A stretch of 60,052 bases of DNA, filler included, from Sluysia triapertura (Eukaryota): NCBI GenBank assembly GCA_046118255.1. It is 5 parts of 5 records of this genome, joined end to end, with 100 filler letters (N's around TTAATTAATTAA, not from the genome) between each part and the next. Parts side by side here need not be neighbours in the genome. Positions count along the whole stretch, not along the records: positions 1 to 11,919 come from JBJNIA010156269.1; positions 12,020 to 24,265 come from JBJNIA010126076.1; 3 more parts are not named here. One strand, written 5' to 3'. Made by a program: the position numbers and the translations under genes. The notes beneath the pieces are model-generated. The model was given only the letters and a program-made list of their open reading frames with translations. It ran no database searches and was not told where the DNA came from. This document shows positions 1-16,110 of the stretch, piece by piece; position 1 is the stretch's first letter; the number at the start of each line of letters is the position of its first letter.

Positions 1-1331
1 TTGATTTTGATTTCAAGGATTTGAATTTGGGATAATAGTTTTCGTTATAATTACAAAGGTAGAACATAATAAAATTAAACTTAATATACTAACTATTGAA
101 ATTATTAAGATTTAAACTGAACAAGATATTAATAGTGAGTTTAATATTTAACAAGTTTTAAAGACGCAACATTAAGACTCTCCTAGGAATAAATATCTAC
201 GTTGCATAAGCAGTGAAACTTTGCAAGTAAAAGATATATTAAATTCAAGACAAATTGTACGTTAAGTTTTGTTAACTTAGTTACAGGAACATCCACTCTA
301 CCTTGTAAGTCACTTTCCGTAACCAGACCCTTCACAAATGCTTTTCCGTAGGTTAAGTGTTAGAAAAGCTAAAGTATAATGAACTTATTTACATCAATAA
401 GTAAACAAGCCAAATAACTTTATTAATTTATGTACAACATATGGAAGTAAACGCGACTAAATATCCATTATTTATTACTTTTTATTATCCGTGTGATCAA
501 ACAGTTATAGATTTTTTTCAAGGAAAGCTTTTCCATATAACAAACTTATGTAATATTCTTTTCATGTGCAACAAAATATCCTCATGGATACATAATTTTA
601 GATTGCCACGCAGGATAATACATAAAATTTACCAAATTTCAACTTATTTGTTTAATGTCAAAGGCAAAATTTGTAATAAACAAATTAATTAAAGAAGTAA
701 TTGAGCAATTTTTAAAAAAATATAATTAAATCACAACAAATTGATTACCTAAAAATTTTATTTCATTTGTAATTCGTCAAAATAAATAAATCGCGAAGGT
801 AAGATTTTCAAAAAGTGGCTAAATAAAAATAATGTACCTTACTGAAAATATACGTGACTACACAGGTAACTTTAAGATTGATGAATTTATATGGCCAAAC
901 GGAATTAGGAAGCGATCGATATTCTGGAATTTTTTCTCACAGTAACGAAATATTCAGCAATTATAAAAGTATATAGTAGAACTTTAATGGAGTCACCAGA
1001 AAAATTACATGAAACACTTAGTATAGTCAACATACAAAATAAAGATTAAATTAAATTAAACATGAAACATTATACAACATTTGTATATAAGAAAATATCA
1101 TGAAAATTATATTTAAATTATATTTATTTAACTTTAATATGTAAAATAAATTTTTTTAGATGAATATTTTTAATATTAATAAAACAATATTTAAATTATT
1201 AAAATAATTTTATTTGGTATCAATTCTATTTAAGCATGCTTGTGATTTTTATTCTATATACTTATTTTATAAATATTTTTTCATAAGTTAAAATATTCAA
1301 ATAAAAAATTATTTTTTGCACGTATATAGTA

Positions 1332-3100
<1,769 letters not shown>

Positions 3101-5340
3101 TTATCTATTGTAACTTTAGTAGGTAACGCTTATATAAGATTATATAAGTAACAATATATAAGATTAAAATCTGACGAAATAAATCACCATTTCTTACTCA
3201 TTCATGAATTTGTTAATAATAAAGTAGTGTTTTATACATTATTTTAATTATAATTGGTGGTTTACCAATGAAATTATATTGCGAATGATATAAACAGGTG
3301 TATCTCTTGAACAATTGAATGTCGGGTTCTATCTGTCCTGATGGAAGGATAGATGTGAAATTGAATTGTAGTAACATAAGTTTAAAGTTGACCGAATAAG
3401 TTTTATTTAACACAATAATAAACAGAATGCGGTTATAACGCTTATAAATATATAGGCTAACAAACAAATAAAGTTTTATACTGTTCATCTTTAAGATTTT
3501 AAAGCAGGATTTAACCTTATGTATTTAATAATTTTATTAATACAGACTTGAATTTCGTTGTTTTGAATACTGAATACTCGGACACTGGAACTTGAATTCT
3601 TAGGTGTTAAATACTTCAATACGCGAAGACTTAAATAACTTGAAACCAAATATACCTCGGATACTTTACTAATTTGTTATTTTGTTTCTTGATGCTGCCT
3701 TTATGTAGTATTTTTCCATAGAATTTTAATTATTGCCATACTGATTGGTTGTTTTAGTATATCAACACTTAGTGTTGATAATGTTATGACGTCAGGAGGG
3801 CACTTTAAGGGTATATAAATATCTCATTGTAGAATTGTTTAAGAAATCAAATGCTTATGCAATATGTGTGAGTTCACCTACGATCCTAGGCTTATATATT
3901 ATGGTTTGTAAATTCGGACAATATGTTTATGAATATTTCTTAGACATACGGGTTTATTATGACCTTATAATAAACTAAGGATTAATTCTTTATCTTACAA
4001 CGAGTTTAGAATGAATTTGAATCTTATTTAAGATGTGTATGTCACTAGGTTTTAGCCTTTTTTGACGAGTTATTGTAGAGATATTGGTATGGCTGCTTTA
4101 GTAAATAGAACCAAAAATTAAAGTTTACTTTGATTCTTTTAAATGGAATCTTAAGACTAGTTTTAACTTTATGATTGGATTATTTGAATAAAGAAAATAT
4201 TTTAAGAGTTTTATTTACTTTGATTCCGTATGCAAGAATTTCTACGAGTTTTGCGAATAAAATAAAGATAAAAATGTGAGTCCACCAACGTATGGGACTT
4301 ACGAACTTAATGGCCAACCGTTGGATTTTTTATCACTTATATGTAAGAAAACAAATTTAATAATAAATGAGATTTTAGGGGTTCAAGATGATTTTATTGA
4401 TTTTAATAATTTTAAAAAATAATATAAAGCTGATTTTACTTAGGTTCGATTATACGAACCTTTTTTAAATTTGATATTTTAATGAGGTTCAAATAAAATG
4501 AACCTTTTATAACGATTTTGATTCGATTCACGAAGGAACCGTTACTAATATCAAAAGAATTTTAAAATAACTAAGTTTTATTAATCAAAATGCGTAATTA
4601 TATAATAAAATAATAAAAATATTACAGTAGATTATTTTTTATTATAATCTAAGATAAAATTTTATATGGATTTTAATACGATAGCGGGATATTAAAAATG
4701 TAATTCAAGTGTTATTTTAATAAGGCAATTTTATAAATTGCAAAGGACCTTAAGATAAAAAACTAAAGAGAAATAAAATTTCCTGATATGGTATTCAAAG
4801 ATTCTAGATAAAATTGTCCAAAGGAATTGCGATAGCTGACGAAACGAATGCTCGAAAGAGATTTGAATAATTTTTGTGTGCTTGGCTGAAAAACGGTTCC
4901 TCAAAACGCTCGATGAAGAGTTAAATAATTTGTGTGTAACTTATGCAAAAATTGTCTCCTTATATAGATTTTTTAAAGTGACCTTCAAGAAATTAAAACA
5001 AAGATGGAAATAAGGAAATAAAGAATTTAATTATTATTTTTATTAATTTTAAAAATTTAGTATTAATATTAATTTCAATAATGTTTTTAATATTAATTTT
5101 AATAAATAAAATAATAAAATATCACTTACTTGGATGACATAAAGATTTTTTTAATTGAATTGATTATACGATATTATAAAATTTAATCCAACAATTAAAA
5201 TTTAACTTCCAAAAACTAAAAACTTTAATATTATCTTTGAATTTGAAAATTTACTTAATTATATTTGAAATTATATTTGAAATTGAAATTATATTTGAAA
5301 AATTAATTAAAATCTGACCTTTGTTGTATAAAGTTGTATA

Positions 5341-5404
5341 AAATTTGTAAAAGTAGACCTTTGATATTTACTAAATTTGTAAAAGTTGACCTTTGATATT
5401 TACA
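5341..5404. repeat. 32-bp tandem duplication
   Basis: AAATTTGTAAAAGT(A/T)GACCTTTGATATTTAC occurs twice; AATTATATTTGA repeats lie just upstream at about 5257-5300. Confidence 0.8.
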
Positions 5405-8400
5405 TTACAAAAATTTCCCTCATTAGATCGGGCTGTTGAAAATGTCTTAACTATGTTAAGTGGATTTTACGATTCCAATCGTGAAGATTGAAATTTCCTT
5501 ATAATAATATAACTCATTAAAATCAAATACATATTCCTCGATAAATTAATTTCCAGGAGCTTTAAAATATTTTTAAATGATTTTGATATTTTACATACTT
5601 CAGAGGGATGCGATGGAAACCTAACAGACTTATTACTGAAATGACGTGTAAATTACCCTTACTTTGTGACGTACTGAATGAAAACTTTTTACAGAAAAGG
5701 AATTTGACTTTTAATTAATTTTATAATTATCCCAACAAATTTGTGATATCATTGTGCCTGAGGATTTATCTATAGCAATTGACAGCAGCATTACTATTAT
5801 TGTTGTTAATGATCTACGTTCTTGTTATTTTATTTTGTTTAATAGCGGCATCAACATTTTTCGCGTTGTCACCCCTGGAGTTTTCTTTTATTAATTTATA
5901 ACTTTGAATTCTTATACTGATATTAAAGAATAATCGATAATATGTGACTTTTGCAATAATTGAAATATATTGAGATTAATTATTTAATTATTGAGTTATC
6001 GTTTATAACATTTCTAAATTTAAAATGTGATACACAATTATTATAACATATGAGCAAATTGTATTGAGTTTGATAGGAAATTTTGAGCATCTGGTTTGCA
6101 TAAAGTTTACATTTCATGATAAAAGTGAAATTTCGTAAAATCAATAACACGAATGAAATCGACGTGAAAAACTTCACGAAAACGACTTATTTTACAAAGT
6201 TAAAATTATTTAATTTAATTATAATTTTTAATATTGCTGGGTGTTTCTTAATAAAAGAACTTAACTAGCAGTAAAATAAATTATTATTATTCGAGTCCGT
6301 TTACAGTATACGACTTACTAATGGCGTACCTATAAAATTACGTGAAAACAATTATTAAGATTAATCGTATAAATAATACTCGTCACCTTAACTTAAATAA
6401 TAATACACAAAATCGTCGGTTATGTCAACTGATACTAAATAGCTTAAAAATAATCACGACCAACACTGGCGTATGTAATATTTAAGTCTATGTAAGAATA
6501 AGGTTAACAATATTCGTATAAAAACGTATTACTCTTTTATCTTTAACACTTTTTGAAGTCTTACTATAATAATCGTTAGATTTTCGATTTTTCTAAAGAA
6601 TTAATCGAAATACTTCCAATAATAAAAACTTATCTAATTTTAAACTTTCTACAATATAAAAAAGGTAAGTTTGACTTATGTCACAATTTTAACGTAAAAA
6701 TAACAATAAACTAAAACTCCAAAATATCAAAATTTTATTATACTACAAATTTATTAAATGCAATGAATTAAAATAAGACAATTATGAATTTATAAAGATA
6801 AAAACACAAATAATTAAATTTTTTAAATAATAAAAAGTATAACAATATGAAATTACCTATAATAAAAGGTCTAGCCCGAAGACTCTACCTATTGATAAAG
6901 ATTTTATAATTGACCTTAAGGGCCATCTAAAGGCGATGATTTTAGATTGTAAAATGATTTTATGATTGATCTTAATGACCAACCGAATATTAGGTATTTT
7001 TCGTAAATATTTTAACTCTAGCGAGTTTTCAATCTATATGAAACAAACTTACTGATTCAATTAATAAATTAATGTTCAGGCTCAGGATGTGTTTTCCAGG
7101 AAATTTGATTGATTATTTTACTGAGAATTGGAAGTTGCAATCCCTCTTATAATGCTTCTGGATGACTGATGAACTTGATAACTACTGGAGCACGGAGAAT
7201 AACCAAAAACGGTGGATAGAATTGATAATTTTTGAATTAATGATGTCTGCTACAACGGTTATGGTTTCTTCAAAATTTCATACAAATGGCGTATTAACAA
7301 TGGCGAATTAATTACTTATGGCTTCTGTTCTTCTTTGTTTTCTTTCTATACTCATAAAGACATATTTAAAAATTACTACGTTAAAACACTTCTTTGTTTT
7401 GTACATTCTTTTAATTATTTTTTAATTTATAATTTTTGCAAATAAAAATAATAATAATAATTATAATTTTTTAACTTATAATTTTTAAAGAAAGATAATA
7501 ATAATAATTTTTTATAATTTTTAATTTGAAAATATTAAATAAACTATAAAATAAAAATTTTTACACCTTTACAATATTATATAAAAACGGTTTTATAAAA
7601 ATGGTGCACGCAGATTTAGTGTTTATAGGATGATATGAATAACAATACGATATACAATGTACAAGAATTAAAGTTAAAATAAGATTTTACGACGTGTTTA
7701 AACCGTCTGGAAAAACAATTAATAAGTTTCGTATGATTTTAGAGGTGCATAAACTTAGAGCTGAAAAACTTAGTTTAAAATAAACGCCTTATTTTGAAAA
7801 TTTTGGTTAATAGGTGGGTAACAGCTCTATTAGATGTTTTTTCGTAACCTTGTATTGTTTTATAAAATGTTTTGTTTTTTCTCTTTCAATATCTGTTTAT
7901 CCTCTTTTCTATTTACTATGAATATTGTTCTTAAGAATCACAATTATCTACAAATAATAACTGATAATATCTTTATGCCAATAAAATATTAATTTTTTAA
8001 TTAACTTTAATGTATATTAACGTTGTTTAACGTTAACATATGTACTCTCTTTTTATTCGTTACTAGAGTAAATAGGTACTCTTTATACAAATAATCAAAT
8101 GAGTAATCGTTTACACGTTTTATTGGTCAATCCACATATTCTGTAGTGATTACCACCTGAGTACGTGTGCATTTTTTATTTTGGCAACAAATGAAACTAT
8201 TATTATTATTATTATTATTATTATCATTATTATTATTTTTGTAGGTACTTTAGTTTTTAATTTTTTTGTATTTAATTCATTTTTTGTAGTTTCGAATAAC
8301 TAACATTAAGACTAGAATCATCAATTTCTTCTCAAAAATTTTTGAAATATTTGATTAAATCTAAATTTTAAGCATGAAAGATTGATCAAATAAACACTGA

Positions 8401-8624
8401 AACATTGATTTTTTTGTAATGAAATATATGATGATATTAATATCAATTCACCAATTTTACAACTAGACGTTGATGATATTACGGGTGATCGTAATATACT
8501 ACTTGAAATGGTAGAGTAAACGTTCAGCGTCACTTTTGCACGTGTTATTTAATGACAAATTAGTTGAGTAATTTGTGTCTGAAATTATCAGTAGAATTTC
8601 AATTACTTGAAAAGATTCTAGATT

Positions 8625-8703
8625 GTCTTGGGGTACAATCGAACTGCACACTTGTGAAGGAGAAGGTTCGATTCGGGGTCATTCCATTTTATGAAGTCTA
8701 ATA
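8625..8703 (+). repeat. Degenerate copy of tRNA-derived repeat family
   Basis: ATCGAACTGCACA...AAGGTTCGATTC...TCCATTTTATGAAGTCTAATAA matches the 3' part of the copy at 27953-28103. A more decayed copy lies at about 9645-9722. Confidence 0.7.
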
Positions 8704-11700
8704 ATTACAAAAGATTAATAAAATAACATTAATATAGTGATACATCAACTGGTTTTAACTATAATTTTAATAACAATATTAAATTTTAGATTGGTGTTGT
8801 GTGTAATTATTAACATTAGTGTTATCGATATTATCATGATTGTTGTTGGTTTTTGAGTTCTTGCGTTATTTGTTGATTTTTAGTAGAAACTTGTTTAGGA
8901 TTTTGTTTATGAAGATTGTTTCGAAGTTGAATTCATCACTTATGTAAAATAGAGTAAGGTTGTTTAATTTTTTGTTTTGATATAGAAATTTTCTTATAAT
9001 TCGTTGCCCATATCGAATAACTCTATTTCTTCTCACTAATCTTACTGTATTCGTTGTTTTAATTACAATTAGCACAGTAAGCGCTTCTTTGTCGCTTACT
9101 TGAGTAGTATGAGACTGTTTTCTGTAATAATCGTTATCGTTTTCTAAGACATTTTTACCTTTAGCAAATATTTTTCTTTTACTCTTTTTATACTATGTAC
9201 TTGCCTGAAGATTAATTCAATTATTTCAGCTAAATATTTCGGCTTAGTGACTATTCTTTTATTTATTTATTATTATTATTATTACTAATTACTAATTATT
9301 ATTACAATTTTATTTTAAATTTAGTTTTTATTATCATTTTTCATTTTAGATTTGGATCGTTAAGAACGTCACAGTATCAAAAATTAAATCAATGTTTTAT
9401 CTCATTTGTAGAGTTAGTTTTAGAATTTTAAGAGGTCACCGTTTTCATAAATGATATTTAATATTTTTGTCAGGTAGGTAAAACTCTGATAATAAAACTA
9501 TAGGTACTTTGGAATTTGTTCTCTATTTGATATTAATTAAATTTTCAAAATTAATAATCAATGAAAAGTAGTAGTTGTTAGACACTATGTTTACAAAACT
9601 CAAATTAATCAAATTGCATAATTGACTATATTGAAAATTAATTGTCAAACTGGGCTAATAGCTCTGCAATCAGATCAGTGAAATGCACACTAATGATGAT
9701 GTGTTTATTTTATGAAGTCTAACTTAGTTTTGTCCTCAAATAATTGAGAACCGGTTCAAATTAAACTTTTGAAATTAAACTTCAATCATTGAATTATTTT
9801 TCAAGTTTAAATATTATATAAACATTACAAGACTAAAAAGACTGAGTAATTTTACAATGCTACCTTTAAAATTAAATTTATTTATTCTGTATTAGGTATG
9901 GAATTTAATTATTTAATTTTTAATTATTTAATTGGCTGTTTTATTAAATTAAGAAGCTTACTATCATAAAGCGAAATTTAATTAATGAGTTTACTGTGAT
10001 TCAAAGCTTACAGAACAGTTTATCAGCAAGATTTTTCGACGTGCTAATCTTATAAATTATTATAGCTCTTAGATTTTACTTCTCTACTTAAAATGAAACT
10101 CGCAAATAGAAAAATTTTATGACTCATGTGAAGCCATAAATTCCTCATAGAAAAGTTAATGTGCAATAATAATAATAATAATGTACGAACTTTGTGTATT
10201 TGATTTTTTTAATTTATGTGGTGAGTTCCTTACAATCTTAGTCTTACTCACTTAAGGCTAAGTTTAAATTAGCAAACACAAGTAGTAATTGGAGGTAAAT
10301 AATAATTTTAAATGTTAACTATTTTATGCAAAATAAAGTCGATTTTTTCCTTGAAAATAAAATAATTAATTAGAATTTAATAGATAACAAGTTAGATAAT
10401 AATTTAATAGACACCGCATAGAAAAAACGGTGTCTTAAATCGACTTCCTTTTAATATTTTGCAACCAAGTAAAGTTTTATAAGCAACTAATTCTCTTTAC
10501 GAAGTAATAGAATCGTACGGGTAATATTTTAAACAAAATAAATGATAAGTTTCGTAATATCCTACGAGCGCATTATAAAAACAGCACCTTACATTTATTA
10601 TTCTTTCTTTAATGAGTTTTAGTGTATTTTACAATCGTATCTAAAAAACGGCGAGTCTTATAATTATATACTAAAATAACAACTTTAATGTATATTATAG
10701 AAAGCAAAACATGATTGTAACAATAATTACAAATATTAATATTGTTAGGTTAATTTATAATCTTTTTAAATGTACTTTACATAAAAAATTTTCTACTCAA
10801 TTAAACAGAGTAAATATGATTATAAATAGATTTTAAGTAAAAATTACTATCTTAATTAAAATGGAATTGTCCTATAAAAATTAGACTAACAACTAAATGT
10901 AAGCAATCAATGGGATAAAATCATTTTGTGACGAAACCGAAAAATCCTCGAGAACAATTAACTTGAATATTATTCAAAATTATGTTTTAAAATCTTGTGT
11001 TTCAAGTGTGAACAATGTGAGAATAGCATAGCTTTATATAGCTATTTGAATGACCTTGAAGGATTTTTTAAAACAAATGAATAATTTAGAGTTAATTTTT
11101 TAATTTAATTTTATTATATTATTTTAATAATAATAATAATATTTACAATAATAATAAAAATAATGCCATTTGATAAAATTTAGTAATAATAAACTTCGAT
11201 TTGATGTTAAAATTTAGTAATAATTATTGATTTTACTGAAACTTTACATTTTAAAACATTCATTGCAATTGACCTCTGACAATAAAAATAATAAGATAAT
11301 CTAATAATAATTGGCCTAAAATTATATTATAATTTTAAAAGGAAAAATATAATAATAATAAACATAATAATAACAATAAATATTTTAATAGCCTAGAGTC
11401 CTTATTCATTAATTATTAGTATGTACAAATGAACTTACATAATTCACCTTAAAATGACCATTAAGGTCAAATTCACGATTACGAAAAGTACTATAAGTAG
11501 TATTCCAAAAGTAGTAACAATTATTTTTGTACAGATTTTTTCTTAATTTTAATTTTGCAATTTTTAGTTGAACCATCTAGTAGTGAAAGTTTAACGTTCA
11601 GTTATTAGTTATGTAAATAATATCTGTAATATTTTCTTTTGTAATATTTGTAAATAATAATATTTTTATAAAAAAGAAAATTTTAATTTGTAAATAATAA

Positions 11701-11919
11701 TAGTTTAATAAAATTTAGTTACAAGTTTAATCAGAAACATTTATAATTACACCGGATATTTAAAATTATTTATATAATAATAATAAATAAATTGAAAATT
11801 ATTACAGGATATTCAAAAAATTTATATTTATGAAAGGATGTCTATTTAATTTTATTTATCAAAATAATCGGATATTTATATTATTCAAAGGAAATCATCA
11901 AAAACTAAAAAAGGTATAA

Positions 11920-12019
11920 NNNNNNNNNNNNNNNNNNNNNNNNNNNNNNNNNNNNNNNNNNNNTTAATTAATTAANNNNNNNNNNNNNNNNNNNNNNNNN
12001 NNNNNNNNNNNNNNNNNNN
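11920..12019. other. Artificial scaffold spacer
   Basis: N44-TTAATTAATTAA-N44, exactly 100 bp; the core gives stop codons in all six frames. Confidence 0.97.
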
Positions 12020-12079
12020 AATTTTCTTATAAAATATTGTTGTGGTCACACTACAATTTATTGATTCATTCATTCATGT

Positions 12080-12360
12080 ACATTCATTTAGTGGTTATGT
12101 ATTGGTTTGTACTTGCTAATATTCAATTTTCATTTTCTTTTTAATTACTCATTTTTTCGTTTAAACTATAATCTTATCTGTCTGCTAATTATTTGTGACA
12201 AATTTTACTACGTGTCTTAAATTTATTTCTAATATTAATAATATTAATATTATAATATTAATATATCTAATAATAATATTTATATTTATTTCTTATTTTC
12301 AGAACATTTAAGCTGCCGATGTTATTAAGCTATTTTAGTTTTTATTTAAATTATTCTCAG
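12080..12360. repeat. Diverged interspersed AT-rich repeat (second copy at about 16120-16390)
   Basis: Both loci share the ordered blocks TGGTTATG..TTTGTA, CT(G)TCTGYTAATTA, TTTCAGAACATTT..AAGCT(G/A)CCGAT..TATTAA and TTTTAGTTTT. Confidence 0.6.
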
Positions 12361-12766
12361 AGAATTATTACTACACTGCGATTTATTTTAATATAAGCTA
12401 TTTTCCTCTAAAGTTAAAATTCAAAGTTAAATGTTAAATAAATGTTAAATATTTACAGCAATTCCAGTTGCAATCAAATATTTAGTAGTTAAGACCGGAT
12501 CCTTTGTAATATCAGCAATAGCATCATTTAAGGAATCATTTGTGAAAACATAAAATGAAGATTTAGAACTTCTTTGTCTCTGGAATGGAATCGATTTGAT
12601 TTGTGATAAATATGGTCGATTTTTATTAAAATTACTGACTAACTAAATTAATAAAATAGATCAAATAATTATAATATAAATATAGATAAATTATTATTTT
12701 GATAAAAATAAGAAAATTAGTTGAAATTAAGGCGCTTTTCTCATAAATGTAATCTTTGACTTGTTA

Positions 12767-13572
12767 TAACCGAACCGCAAATTTAAATAAAGGTTAGATA
12801 TCAAAAAGACAAATTTAATAAGTATATTTAGTATTTACAAATGTCAAAATGTAAATACCTTGAATTTCAATATAAGTACGTATTTTGACAACACTGTGAC
12901 ATACTTTCTGGCAAGTTTCCTCTGAAATTGGTTACATTTGTGCTGAATATTTTGATCAATTGTCCTAGGCTTTTAACATAAACTGCGTTCTTTAGAACTC
13001 CCCACAGAAAAAATCAGGCGGTGTCAGATCCGGGGATCTGACAGGCCATTCAATTGGTCCTTGGCGTCCAATCCAATGTCCAGGAAATGTTTCATCATGC
13101 CATTGTTAAACACCTTTGGTGTAGTACGCAGGTGCTTCATGTTGAAAATGTAGATCATTAACAATAGAAACACTTTAGTCTTCAGCATATCAAGGTAACG
13201 TTCACTATTAACAGTTCCTTCAAAGCATGGTCCAACTAGACCAATGCTGCCGATTCAAGCCCAGACTGTGATTCCAGGAAATTGACTTCCGTTTCAATAA
13301 TACGATAGGGATTCTCACTGTCCCAATAAAAACAATTGTGTCAGTCCTCCGATGCATTTTTAAGAATGAGGGTCCAGAAGCGCATGTTGAACAAAAATCA
13401 AGTAATGACGTCATAACAAAATCAATAAGATCATGGAACAAAAGTCATTCGCAGAAAGAAATGCATAATACGGAAGATAACATAAAGTGACATAAAAGAA
13501 GAAATTACATTTGTCGTTTTTGATATCTAATTTTTATTTAAGTTTGCAGTTCGGTTACTTTTGGGATACCCT
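12767..13572 (-). mobile_element. Internally deleted Tc1/mariner element (rosa/maT-like DDD family) with TIRs
   Basis: About 50-bp imperfect TIRs (TAACCGAAC(C/T)GCAAA(T/C)TTAAATAAA..TTAGATATCAAAAA) at both ends; the right end finishes CCCTG-TA. The minus strand encodes FQHEAPAYY..V*QWHDETFPGHWIGRQGPIEWPVRSPDLTPPDFF (family consensus WPPRSPDLTP.DFFLWG). Confidence 0.85.
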
Positions 13573-13644
13573 GTATATTATACATTTAAAATAGTAAAAG
13601 AGAAATAAGTTTAAATTATAAAAAGGTATGATGATCTTGTTGAC

Positions 13645-13860
13645 TAGTGATTTCTCAAAATGTGGTCCACAGTCACTATGTTTATGATTTCAAATGTTAT
13701 TTATTGAAAGTGTGTTGAAAATGTTTTTGCTAAAGTTTGTATGAAAATGGTTAATTTTAAAGTGGTAATCTGCATTTTGTAACGTAATTCTGAACTCATA
13801 TTGATAGTAGAGATAGAACTGCAAATTTTGTAGTTAAAATAAGTTGAAAACTCCATTCAT
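13645..13860. mobile_element. Probable decayed hAT (Charlie-like) MITE
   Basis: Begins TAGTGATTTCTCAAAATGTGGTCC and ends GTTGAAAACTCCATT, resembling CAGTGGTTCTCAAA/TTGAGAACCACTG termini. Confidence 0.4.
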
Positions 13861-14183
13861 TGTGCTTAAAATTAAATTAAACTGCAAAACTTTATTTATC
13901 TATAACAGAAATTAAAACAAATGTAAATAAGTAAAAATAAGCATAAATGGACCGTGCTTAGTAATTAATCTTTCATTCACATATTTTTATTTTAATCTAA
14001 ATTATTCTAAGTCCTAATTTAGTTATGGTACGCAGTCTACATTTTAGTGTTCAAAAGTCTTTTAAATAGCATATTATAGACAATAAATTATTCAATTCCA
14101 TTATCTAATTTTCAGTTATTAATTTCTCCCAATTGTTAAATTATATTTTATGGCCAATTTCTTTCTCTAGTCAAAATCAGATA

Positions 14184-16110
14184 CAGTACACTCTCTAAAT
14201 TTGGCTAATTGTAGAAAATGTTTTTAAAAACCTATAGAAACCCTTTACATTTGGCTAAATTCTGCTTTTGGCAAAAAATTTTTAGATTTTGCATTATATA
14301 AATTTAAAATTTGATAGAAAAAACATCAAAATTTCTTATATAATATTAAAAAGAACGTAAACACAATTTAATTGATTTATATAAATAAAAAAATTTCTTA
14401 ACCCATTCGCTGCCAAGGACGAGTATACTCGTCCTACTTTAAATGTATTATAACATGCAGGCTTTTGAATAAGCAAATTATAAATATAAATGGCAATGGG
14501 GATGATTTCATATAATTTAGGCTTGGCAGCGAATGGGTTAAGCAGTATTGGGAAGAGAAAAATACACAACATTATCAGATGATGAAAAAATTGAAATTTT
14601 GAAATATATTGACTTAAATTTCGGAACAGAGAATGTATTTTCATTCAAATTTAAGAAAACAATTTCACGTAAATCAAATAATAATTTGAAATTGAACAAA
14701 ATAAGATTATTGATCAAACCTATGGAAAGGTAATCAATAGGGAATTATTGACAAATGTATGATATAATGAGTAGATTATTTAGAGAGTAAAGGTGCAATA
14801 GTGACAGATAAAATAATTATTGAAAAAGCTTTAAAATTTGCAGAAATTCACAAAGGAGAAGAATTTAAAGCTTCGTAGGGATGGTTACAAAATTTTAAGA
14901 TCAGATGTTATCTTGATCTTAAAAAATTACATGGGGATCAAATTTAAATATTAACTATGGTGATTTCAAAAATATTCATCCAAGCAGAATTAATGAATAT
15001 TAATGAATTAATGACAATATTTTTAATGCAGATGAAACCGGAATCTTCAAAAACCATATGTAAAAAAGTTCGTCCAGGATACAAATTATTGAAAGACCGT
15101 GTTTCTGTTTATTTATGTTCCACTATGAGTGGAATATATGCAAATCCAGGATGTTTTAAAGTGTTGTTCTCATGGTTGTATGATGTCAAATATTTTCAAT
15201 AATTGGCTTTTAAATTGGGACAGGGAATTGAATTAAAATAATTGAATTAAGATAATTGCCACGCTCATGAAATTTTTGTTGATTTAAAATTTATAGAAAT
15301 TTTGTTTTGCTGCAGAATTCAATGTTTCACATTCAGCCATTGGATAATAGCATTATACATGCTTTTAAGTCACATTTTTCAAGTAAAAAGTTGCGTGACA
15401 TTATAGATAGTATTGAAAGCGAAGAAGAGTTTTTTTTAATATTATAAAAAATTAATATCAAAAATGCAATTTATTATATGCACTTTGATTGAAATGAAAT
15501 AAGTAAAAATATAATTATTTGTTTTAATAATGCACTATTGGGGTCAACTAGATTGAAGCAGAAAGCAATGCTGAGGTATTTGCTGACGAAGTGCCCAATA
15601 TTGAAGACTATAAAAATGAAAATGAAGAACTTACAATTAAAATTTCTAAAACTACTGTTATAAATATTTAAAAATAATAAAGAAAATTTCTTTCAACCAA
15701 ACAATTTTGATTTGGATAGATTTATAGTTACTGACATTATAAACAAGGCGCTTAAAAAAGATAAGATAAATACATGAGAAAAGTGGATTATTAAAAAAAA
15801 TTTGTTATAAACATTTATTTATTTATTTTGGTTTTATACCTTATGACTTTAGTTTTTTAATTGTTGACAATTTGTAAAACGGCATTATTAAAACCTAGAA
15901 TAACTTTTAGATCTAATTATATACTGTTCAATAGTACAAAAATTTATTCAAAGTCCGATATGAAGAGTGAAACAAGAACAAATCAAGATTTACTTTTTTA
16001 AAATATAGTTAAATATTTTATCTTAACATAAATTCTGTATTTATCCACACATCTAGATTTGGCCAATTTTTTGGTGTTCCATAGTTTTGGCCAAATAAGA
16101 GGATATACTA
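14184..16110 (+). mobile_element. pogo/Tigger DNA transposon, near full-length, pseudogenised transposase
   Basis: Left end TA-CAGTACACTCTCTAAATTTGGC; right end GGCCAAATAAGAGGATATACTA-TA. Transposase motifs KYTTLSDDEKIEIL, FKAS*GWLQNFK.R....KLHG, IFNADETG and QPLDNSIIHAFKSHF are broken by stops and frameshifts. Confidence 0.9.
14402..14537. mobile_element. piggyBac-type MITE (136 bp) nested in the pogo element
   Basis: TTAA on both sides (14398-14401, 14538-14541); perfect 16-bp TIR CCCATTCGCTGCCAAG / CTTGGCAGCGAATGGG. Confidence 0.92.

Noticed and set aside
3882-3910. DPRLIYYGL as the missing malic-enzyme DPLYIGL exon
   Set aside because: There is no AG acceptor, a stop follows at once, and there is no further similarity.
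8410-8520. Cadherin-like peptide EIYDDININSPILQLDVDD
   Set aside because: Too short, lacks the DxD.G.N and LDRE motifs, and is bounded by stops.
11964-11975. TTAATTAATTAA as a biological junction, or about 12-kb pieces as nanochromosomes
   Set aside because: The motif is always embedded in exactly 44 N on each side, which marks a six-frame-stop assembly linker; there are no telomere-like caps.
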